Source: a virus
IMG/VR virus record: IMGVR_UViG_3300006052_000009
Location: 8,895 to 72,894 of that record
Length of the DNA stretch: 64,000 nucleotides
Direction: 5' to 3' (one strand)
Shown: piece after piece, positions 36,655 through 45,600 of the stretch
How positions within the stretch are numbered: the stretch's first letter is position 1
Layout: each line of letters opens with the position of its first letter
Notes under the pieces: model-generated
Database searches by the model: none
Seen by the model: the letters and a program-made list of their open reading frames with translations, nothing else
Told to the model about the DNA's origin: nothing
Made by a program: the position numbers and the translations under genes

Positions 36655-39600
36655 GTGGCTGAAGAAATTTACATCGCCCCTACGGGCGGCCTGAATACCG
36701 ATGACTCGCCACTCTCAGGTAGCGCAGAGAATCCTAATGTCTCAGATTACCAGCAAGGGGACTACCGTTACGCCTTAAACGCTCGTATAAGTGCATCATC
36801 TCAAGGTAATTCGGGTGGACTTGAGAACATCCCATCCACTTTATTAATTAATAATTATTACACTTGGAACGGCTCCTCATTTGTCTCGGGTTCTCCACAA
36901 TCAGGAACAAACACAGCCATCAACAAATATGAAGACCGACAGAATGGATTAGTTTTTTGGTTTGTAAAAAATTCTAATGGTCATCACGCCATACTTCAGT
37001 ACAACAGGGTAACTCAACAGATTTGGGAGTTACTACAGTGGGACGGATTATTATTTTCAAATTGGATTTCATGCACCAAGATTGATAAGTATTTGCTATT
37101 CACTGATGGCAACACCACGCTAGGTACTGGCAATCCTCCTCGCATCATTGATGTTACTTCTATTTATACTTTGAAGTATACATTAGGAAGTAATTTTTCT
37201 GAGTATCATATCAGCCTATCCAAGTGGGCACCAGTTGCGCCACCTATAATCAACGTGACAGGTCAGGCGGCAGGTAACGTATTTATCAAGGTTGGTATTT
37301 ATCAGTTTGCATACCGGTATATTTATATTGGTGGCTTCCGTTCAACCTGGTCACCAGCCAGCAACTTTGTAAGCAACGAATTACTTGGTTATGTTAACAC
37401 ACCGTCATCTAATCCACTTCAAGGACCATTTACAAACTTTGGAGTAAACACCAATGGCTTTATTTTTGATTACACTACTCCTGCCAACACAGCATTCCCT
37501 CACAGCGATTCAAGATTTTACACATTTGTCGATACTATTGAGTACGCTTATCGTGACTCGGCAAATGCATCATGGAGAGTGTTCAGTAGAGTTCAACTAA
37601 ATGGATCGGCTCCAGCTACCGATATAACTTTTGCAAATAGTGGCGCACTTTATAATGTTGCAGACAGTGACATTGGCCAGCCATACGATGCTGTTCCTTT
37701 ATTAAGTCAAACAGTTGAAGCTATTGATAACAGGCCGATGCTTGGTAACAACTTGGATGACCTTGCACCAATGTCAAACTTTGCTGTGACTAATGTTCAG
37801 GTGTACTCGGTGTCATATACTAACGCGAGAAATGACTGGTTTAATTATTCTGGTGGGGCATTACCTGATAAAACAGCTCAGTGGTTTTCTTTTAAAGAAA
37901 ACGGTATCTACAAACTTGGAATAATATTCAAGCATTACGATGGACGCAGTGGTCTTGTGCAGACTTTGGATTACTGGACTTATAATATTCCTGTTAATTT
38001 AGCACAGAATCCATGTGCTCAGGAGGACCTTCATGCATTAGGATTTAAGATTGCCGCAGGACTTCAGCCACCAGTTTGGGCTGTAGATTATCAGATCGTA
38101 AGAACGAATTGTTTGAACATTGATATGTTCATCATTGGACAAGTGGCAGATATAATATTTCTAACTGCTGGACCAACTACAGATTTATCTACCGGACTGA
38201 ATGCCTCTGTTCAATCGGCATTCTCGGATTATTATAACAACTATAATACTGGTGGCTCTCAGTATCCATTGATCTCAAGAATAATTAATGCAATTAGTAC
38301 CAATGCGGCGGTTTCCTCTCCATTATCTGCTTCTTTAATCTATTTTGACATAAAGAATTTCACGATTTCATCAAACATTGGATTTGGTATTAGTTCTTCT
38401 TCAAATAGTGTCTATTACAATTGGCAACAAGGTGATAGGATAAGATTTTATGCCTCAACAACTTCAAATTTTAGTGGCCCTTATGTTCAATTTGATCAGT
38501 TGATTTTGTACTACAGTGGAACTGGAATAGCGGTGGCCATTCCAGATAATTTTAGTTCATATTACATGGGAAGTAGAACCACTGTAAAGGCAAGTGCAAC
38601 ACCCTCAGCATCCAAATTGTTTTCAATAGAAATCTATCGGCCAAAAAAATATTCTAAAGACAACGATGTTGTTTATTATGAGATGGGTGAATGGTATCCT
38701 GTGTTGCAGCCAGGAACTGGGAGTAGGGCGTTTAGTAAAACTGACTTTACTTGGTCTGGTACTGGATCAGTTACAACATCAACAGTAAACGGGTTCAATT
38801 ATTATAATACATATCCCATTATTAATGGTGACGTTTGGCTTGTTGTAAAAAATTTCTATTACCCATTTGCTGGAGGTGGTAATAACACTGTCTTCAGCGG
38901 GTACTTGGGTGGATTCCAAACAGGTGGATTCAATATTATTACTGACTATCCTTTATTCCCTCAGATGAATCAGGATAGGAATAATGCTGCTGGTATATGG
39001 GAACACAATGTTGGGAAACCGCTGTCGGCCTATAAGTACAACGCTGTTCAACTGAATAAATACAACCAAGTTAGATTTGGTGGTAAGTTTTTAGAAGATT
39101 CAATATTCATAGGCATAAATAATTTCAGAGATGAAAACCAATTCCTCTATCCGTCTGAATATGGAAAGATTCGGGCGATGGTTAATACGAGTAATACGCA
39201 GGTTAAAAACGTGGGTAATATACTATTGGTGATCGGTGAAGAGGAGGCTTGGAGTGTTTATGTAAACAGAACAACGCTCGAGGATCTCAGTGGTAATACC
39301 CAAGTTAGTTTGAGTGACAAGGTACTTGGTGCCTACAATACTTTGCTTGGATCATTCGGTACATTAAATCCGGAAAGCGTAAGCAAGCGCAACTCGAGGG
39401 TTATTTACTGGAATAACAAAAAGGGGACATGGGTTCGTTACAGTGAAGATGGTCTTACTCCGATTAGTAAGTACAAGATGGGCACTTGGTTTAAAAACCT
39501 TGGAATAATAATGTCACCTAGCTTTGCGGCTGGGAATACGCCAGCAACTGCATTGTCTGTGTATGATAATTATTACGATGAATGGATTACATTATTCAGT

Positions 39601-40191
39601 TCATCGTATCTGCCAGGAACATATCAGGGCTACTCCTCATACAAATCAGCAACATTCTCTGAACTTCCAATGGAACACGGAGGCAAAAGGTGGAAGTCTT
39701 TCTTTGATTACAGCACCGATATATTTGCGGCATTGGAAAATGAAGTTTACTCAATCATTGGAACTAATGTTCATATTCATTACGGAGGCACGGATTTCAA
39801 TTCATTCTACGGTTCTAAGAAAGATACTTACTGGCAACCGATAGCCAATCCAGAAATCAGGCGTAAAAAGATTTGGAAAAATGTGCAGGTAGGTGCTCAG
39901 GATAACTGGTCTTTCCCGACAATTACTGGTGACCCTGTCAGTAACGGTGGAACACAGCAACAAACTAGCCTTTTGCTTGCCAACATGAATCAAATTGAGG
40001 GTGACTACTGGTCAGATATCTACCGCGATCAGAATACACCCAATGTTTCCAATGCGATTGTGGAGGGACAGCCGATGAGATCGAAGTCCTTGTCATTGCT
40101 TATGAAGCTAGATCCATCGGTTACTTGGTATTCATTTTTAAGTTGGCTTATGGTGTATTACGACATAAGCGAGAAGACGGCAAAAAAATAG
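36655..40191 (+). CDS. Tail stabilisation or nozzle (muzzle) protein
   Basis: GGLNTDDSP...GDYRYALNAR and YQFAYRYIY...STWSPAS, typical of crAss-like stabilisation proteins. Confidence 0.8.
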   Translation: MAEEIYIAPTGGLNTDDSPLSGSAENPNVSDYQQGDYRYALNARISASSQGNSGGLENIPSTLLINNYYTWNGSSFVSGSPQSGTNTAINKYEDRQNGLVFWFVKNSNGHHAILQYNRVTQQIWELLQWDGLLFSNWISCTKIDKYLLFTDGNTTLGTGNPPRIIDVTSIYTLKYTLGSNFSEYHISLSKWAPVAPPIINVTGQAAGNVFIKVGIYQFAYRYIYIGGFRSTWSPASNFVSNELLGYVNTPSSNPLQGPFTNFGVNTNGFIFDYTTPANTAFPHSDSRFYTFVDTIEYAYRDSANASWRVFSRVQLNGSAPATDITFANSGALYNVADSDIGQPYDAVPLLSQTVEAIDNRPMLGNNLDDLAPMSNFAVTNVQVYSVSYTNARNDWFNYSGGALPDKTAQWFSFKENGIYKLGIIFKHYDGRSGLVQTLDYWTYNIPVNLAQNPCAQEDLHALGFKIAAGLQPPVWAVDYQIVRTNCLNIDMFIIGQVADIIFLTAGPTTDLSTGLNASVQSAFSDYYNNYNTGGSQYPLISRIINAISTNAAVSSPLSASLIYFDIKNFTISSNIGFGISSSSNSVYYNWQQGDRIRFYASTTSNFSGPYVQFDQLILYYSGTGIAVAIPDNFSSYYMGSRTTVKASATPSASKLFSIEIYRPKKYSKDNDVVYYEMGEWYPVLQPGTGSRAFSKTDFTWSGTGSVTTSTVNGFNYYNTYPIINGDVWLVVKNFYYPFAGGGNNTVFSGYLGGFQTGGFNIITDYPLFPQMNQDRNNAAGIWEHNVGKPLSAYKYNAVQLNKYNQVRFGGKFLEDSIFIGINNFRDENQFLYPSEYGKIRAMVNTSNTQVKNVGNILLVIGEEEAWSVYVNRTTLEDLSGNTQVSLSDKVLGAYNTLLGSFGTLNPESVSKRNSRVIYWNNKKGTWVRYSEDGLTPISKYKMGTWFKNLGIIMSPSFAAGNTPATALSVYDNYYDEWITLFSSSYLPGTYQGYSSYKSATFSELPMEHGGKRWKSFFDYSTDIFAALENEVYSIIGTNVHIHYGGTDFNSFYGSKKDTYWQPIANPEIRRKKIWKNVQVGAQDNWSFPTITGDPVSNGGTQQQTSLLLANMNQIEGDYWSDIYRDQNTPNVSNAIVEGQPMRSKSLSLLMKLDPSVTWYSFLSWLMVYYDISEKTAKK

Positions 40192-40192
40192 C

Positions 40193-40200
40193 TAAATTTG
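40193..40200 (+). promoter_or_regulatory. -7 box TAAATTTG
   Basis: 7 nt upstream of ATG 40208. Confidence 0.5.
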
Positions 40201-40207
40201 AATTATT

Positions 40208-40798
40208 ATGGATTCAGAAGAAGGTACAAACATTTTTAATGGTGCTCTTTCTGGCGCGGGAGCAGGTGCCGCTTTAGGTCCAGAGGGTGCATTAGTTGGT
40301 GGAGTTATTGGTGCTGGATTAGGATTATTAAAACCTAAGCGTCCAAAATATAACATTGCGCCTGAAGTAAATGAAAATAAAGCATTAGCATCTGAATCTG
40401 CATTTGGTGTAAACCCAGAAATTGAAAGAGGGATCCAGTCTCAGGATCAAAATATGGCCAGTACCGTCAGCCAAGGCCAGCAGTACACCAACAATACTGG
40501 ATCTATTCTTAATCTTCTTCGTTCGGCCAATACTGCCCGTAACCAAGGAGTTAATTCTTTGCTTGCCGAAAGTGGTAACCTTCAGTCCCAAGGACGCAGT
40601 CAATTAATGGGTGCCAATCAGCAGGGAGAGGCAGCTAGAGACAAAGCATTCGAGTATAACCAAGCCCAGCCATTCAAATATCAAACTGAGAGCATCGATA
40701 ACATGGTTAAAGGAACATCTCAAAATCTATGGAAGATGCTTGATGCACAGAAGGCCGCTGGTATAATGAAGGAAGCTAACAGTAGTATTGATATTTAA
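40208..40798 (+). CDS. Ejection or pilot protein with Gly-zipper TM
   Basis: GALSGAGAGAALGPEGALVGGVIGAGLGLL followed by Gln/Asn-rich helices. Confidence 0.7.
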   Translation: MDSEEGTNIFNGALSGAGAGAALGPEGALVGGVIGAGLGLLKPKRPKYNIAPEVNENKALASESAFGVNPEIERGIQSQDQNMASTVSQGQQYTNNTGSILNLLRSANTARNQGVNSLLAESGNLQSQGRSQLMGANQQGEAARDKAFEYNQAQPFKYQTESIDNMVKGTSQNLWKMLDAQKAAGIMKEANSSIDI

Positions 40799-40801
40799 TT
40801 A

Positions 40802-42691
40802 ATGGCCTACCAAGAATTTGCTAATCCTAATGCAGCCGAGGCACCAGATATTGGTGACATGCCTCGGACGCTACAGGCATTGCAATATGTCAATCAGCAA
40901 AAGGAGAGAGCACTACAAGCTAGAAGAACCGCTGCTCAGAATTTAAAGGAATTTACTATAAACGGTAAGGATACGCCTAGTGTTGAGAGATTAACAAAAG
41001 AAGCTCAAGACGTTAAAAATGAAACGGTGAATGATATTATGAATTATGGTTCACCAAGGCCAGAGACTATAAAAAAACGAGATAAGATCGAACTGGCTCA
41101 TAATATAATGAAGACCGTTGATGAACAGACAAAATCTACTCTTGAAGAAATAGGAAAGTGGGATAAGTATATGAATAAGGGTAAGGCTATTGGTGAACTT
41201 GGTGAAGTAGCTACTTTTAATCCACCGGAGAACATGGATTTAATGGAGCATCAGCATGAGAGGGCTAATAGACTTTTAGATTTTCAGAACAAAGTAAATT
41301 CCGCTGTTAAGGGTGGTGATCACACTCCTGAATACTATAATAATGATTTGTTTACTGCTGACTGGGTAACTAAACAACACGAAAAAAATAAATCAAAATG
41401 GGGAGTAGGAACCGATGAAGAGGGTAAAAATTCTGGATCAACTGAAGCTCCACTAGTTGATTCAAAAGGTAATCCAAATGTTGAACCGCACATCAATGCT
41501 TACTTGGAATCTGATCCAAGAGTATTGCCAACAATACAACATGAGGCTATGCAACAAATAGAAAAAAATGTTGAAAATAATATTGCCTCTGATAAGAATT
41601 GGTTGGACAAGGCGGGGAGAGCACTGTATGGGAAACCTTTTCAAAGTAAAGAAGAAGCTATAAATGATTTATTCAATCACCCAAATAATAACATTGTACC
41701 GGAAACAGGTGAACTACAGCCTAGCGCGACAGATGAAAATGGTAGGATATTGAAATTTAATGACAGAGTTAGAAATATTGCAAAAGAAAAACTTGAAGAG
41801 TATAATAATAAATCAAGTGAATACCTGCATGACGTGAGTAAAAACAATCATTCATTTGGTGCTAATAAAAATTCTTCAGTTAACGTACAGTACGATAACG
41901 GAAGCACTGCACCTGGCCTTGGGCTTATTATCAATCATAAAGACAAGCCGATTCCATATGTTAACTTTCAGCCTAATAAATACTACAACCTATCAACTGG
42001 ACAGAATGTTAAAAATGTAAATCATCTTGATTTTAACGCTAACAATTATGTGCTTGTTTTGCGTAAAAAAAATGGTGATTTAGTTCCATTCAAAGCGCAA
42101 GATCACGATCAGTTATTAGAGGAAATAAAGAACACTCCAGCCAAAGATTTAATAGGTAGTGACTTAACGTGGGCTATGAAAGGACAGGCTATAAATAAAG
42201 CCAATGAGTCATCAGCCCTCGATGCAATGTCGGCAGAGATGGCAAAAAATCCATCTCCTGCATTAGCCGCTGCCATCCAAGCATTAAAAGATTTTAAAAG
42301 TGGTGCCTCTGGAATTTCCCCCGAGCCACTTGCTGTAATGCAGAAATTAAGTGGGATGCCAAATATGATTACTGATATGATGATCGAGGTACCCAGAAAT
42401 GGAAGTGCTGAAGCTAATTTGAAGGGATTCACTGGCGTTAATTTACACGATCCAAAAATTCTGAATAGGCCAGAGTTTAAAGATGTAATTGATTCATTCA
42501 ATCAAAAAAAGAAAGAATCCAAAATACCAGAAGAGGCAGTAAAATCATATTGGGAGTCTCCAAAGGGGAAAAGTGATTTATCAAAAATAAAAAATACAGT
42601 AACACAAGATGAATGGAGCAATAAATGGAAGTCATTGAAAAGCGGAGAAAAAATGATCGGATTGGACGGTAAAGAATATACTAAAAAATGA
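40802..42691 (+). CDS. Internal virion (cargo/ejection) protein
   Basis: 629 aa, helical, between the pilot and giant protein genes. Confidence 0.6.
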   Translation: MAYQEFANPNAAEAPDIGDMPRTLQALQYVNQQKERALQARRTAAQNLKEFTINGKDTPSVERLTKEAQDVKNETVNDIMNYGSPRPETIKKRDKIELAHNIMKTVDEQTKSTLEEIGKWDKYMNKGKAIGELGEVATFNPPENMDLMEHQHERANRLLDFQNKVNSAVKGGDHTPEYYNNDLFTADWVTKQHEKNKSKWGVGTDEEGKNSGSTEAPLVDSKGNPNVEPHINAYLESDPRVLPTIQHEAMQQIEKNVENNIASDKNWLDKAGRALYGKPFQSKEEAINDLFNHPNNNIVPETGELQPSATDENGRILKFNDRVRNIAKEKLEEYNNKSSEYLHDVSKNNHSFGANKNSSVNVQYDNGSTAPGLGLIINHKDKPIPYVNFQPNKYYNLSTGQNVKNVNHLDFNANNYVLVLRKKNGDLVPFKAQDHDQLLEEIKNTPAKDLIGSDLTWAMKGQAINKANESSALDAMSAEMAKNPSPALAAAIQALKDFKSGASGISPEPLAVMQKLSGMPNMITDMMIEVPRNGSAEANLKGFTGVNLHDPKILNRPEFKDVIDSFNQKKKESKIPEEAVKSYWESPKGKSDLSKIKNTVTQDEWSNKWKSLKSGEKMIGLDGKEYTKK

Positions 42692-45600
42692 AAACAGGGA
42701 AAGACAATCCTAAGAACTGGACTCCACCAGATGATGCCGTAGAGGTAATGGAGAAGCCATCATGGACTCCTCCTGAAGATGCTATTCCTGTAAAAAAAAA
42801 AGACCATACCGTAAGCGAAACCGCATCTCCAAGTACATCAGCACAACCTGGCTCGGGCGAGTCATCCGTGGCCTTCGAGCAGCCAAAAAAGCCTTCTGGA
42901 AAAGCTACAGAACCCAACATCCTTAATGCGCCTTCCGTCAAGGCAATGCAAGAGGTTGACCTAAGCAAGCCTGAAGAAGAAACAAATATATGGAAGGAAC
43001 TCGGTAAGTTTTTAATCGGAGATACTCAGAATAAACTTTTCCAACAGAAACAAACCAAGGAGCAGAAAGTCAAATCAGAGTTCTTCAAAGAGGCTGGTGA
43101 AGAAGAGGATAAATCTTTATCACATCAAATAGCGCAGGGATTAAAGCAAGTCGGTCCATCTCTTGACAAGGCTGCTGTTGAAAATATTTCAATGCTACCG
43201 AAGGCTTTAGCCATGGCACAGCATGGTGTTGAACTCGGCATAGAAAAGATCACAGGTGCCAAAGCACAACCAATAGAGAATTTATTGCCGATGCAGGCAG
43301 GTAAATGGATTGATGATAAGGCAAGAGAGTTAGGCATCGGTGTGATTGATCCTCGCCACGCAGGATTTTTGAATAGTGAAATTCCTCACATGTTCGGTAA
43401 TATGTTACTCCTTTACATGACAGGCGGTGCATCCGCCGCAGGTAAGGCAGGACAACTCGCAGAGGGACTTGCTAACGAAGGATTGAAGGGAATGACCAAG
43501 GAGGCCATCAAGCATGTAGGGCCGACTGCCGCAGTTGCTGGTGCTCAGATGGGAGTAGCTGAATTTGAGAAAGCAAAAGAAATGGGTGCCTCTGATGATG
43601 CTGCCTTCAGAACTTTCCTTGGCACACTTCCTGCAAGTGGCTTTTATGCTGTACCTCTTGCAAGACAAATAGAGAGAATCAATAATCTTACTGGTGGTGG
43701 TATTGTAAATGCACTTAAGACAAAAGGGATCAACTCAATCGAGATGGCTACTCAGTCGGCAGTGTATAACACCATGTCTAATGCCATTGCTAAAAATCAA
43801 TACGATCCTAACCGAGGATACTTGGAGGGATTGAAAGAGTCTGTAGGCACTGGTGCATTCGTTGGATTGATAATGCCTGGAGTGGTTAAGGTGGCGAAGG
43901 AAAATCCTAAGTACAGAGATGAAATATTGAAGGAGGCAAGAACCGTCCTTGAGAAGCCAGATGTGGTTAAATCACCAGAGCAGACGATCAGTGATGCTCA
44001 GGATGAAATAAAATCTTCTGGTGATCTTGGGAATATAAATCAGAAAGCCGAAGAAATAGTCGATAACCTTAAACAACAAAGCAATGCCGTACAAGAGCCT
44101 AAAGCAGGAGAGGTACTTCAACGCGAACAAGAGCAAGTTGGAGGCACAGGGAGTGAACGTGGACGAGTGGAACAAAGCGTCCAAGGGAAAGAAACTTCCG
44201 GAGAGAGCAATGTCCAAGAGCCACGCACGGAAGAAACTGGCAATGGTGGCGTTGGCAAACAAGAGGAAACATTAAACCAACAACAAAATGAAAATGAAAC
44301 TGGGAACGGGGAAACGCTTCAAAGCAGGCGTGAACAAAATCGAGAAGAAGGAGGGACTGAGCAAGGAGTCAGCCTCAGCGATAATGGCCAGCGCAGGGAG
44401 GAAGAAGTACGGGGCGAAGAAAATGGCGGCCTGGGCGCACAAAAAGTAAATGAGTCAACAATTGGATTTGCACCATATCGTTCGAAAAATGTTAAAACGA
44501 TTAAGGAAGACAGCGAGATTCGTCAGTCGGAAGACTACAAAGCTCATCAAGAGAATGTACAAAAGATTGCAGACGGACTGGGAATAAAGATCGTTGACAA
44601 GGCCGATACGTGGGGTGGATATGTGGACAGCGAGACAGGTGTTCCTGTGCAGGAGGTGTCCAACATGATCCACGTAGAGGGACCGCCAGAGAAGATCAAA
44701 TTGATGGCTGCCTTGCTTGGTAAGACATCCCCAGAGATGCAGGACTCCGTGCTCATCGGTGGCTATAAAAATGAGGGTAACGGGGTAGAATATCGATTTA
44801 ATTTGGGTGATTTTAAGCAGGGTGAAAAAGCCGTAAAACTGCTAAAGGAGAATGGATTGGAGTATTTTACCCTAGATACCAAGACGGGGCAATTGACAAT
44901 TTTAGATCCTGAGAACACGAATACAAAAAATATTGTTACATTTACTGAATCTCTCAAGAAAAATGGAATCGCACATGAACTCAGAGCCAGCAAAATCGAA
45001 GCCGAATTCATCGGATCACAAGATTATGATCGAATTATTGGAGAAGGAGCACGGACTCAAGTGGGAGCAGAGAACGGGTTCGATATTAATGCCCATATCA
45101 AAGGGGCTGAAGGAAAGTATGAAGGGATCAAAAACTCCAAAGCCCTAGAGAAGTTCGGTGTCCAACCAAAGGACATTCCTGCCACAAGCAGTTTACTCAC
45201 AAGACTATTCGAAGGATTAAAGCAGTCGGGAATTACGACAGCTAAGAATGTGTCCGATTGGGTAAGTATTGGTAAGGCAGCTAAACAAAGGGTATCCGCT
45301 TTATTCCAACCAACCATTTACGGACTAAGTAAAATTACGAAAGAACCTGCTTTTGATAAATCGAACTTTGAAAAAGATATTGCCAGTGGTCGCGTATCGT
45401 TTAAAGAACCAAGTGAATCATTGGAGGATAAATATTTTGCAATCACCCATCCAGATGATTTTTATACAGGCAGTACCAAAATAGGTAATAAAAAAATATC
45501 AGAGGGTGGTGGTGGTGTATTTTTCACGCTGGCCAGAGGTGGAAAAGGTGATGTGTGGGCATCTGTTTCTGAAAATGGAGCCAAGAATTTCGCTAAACAA

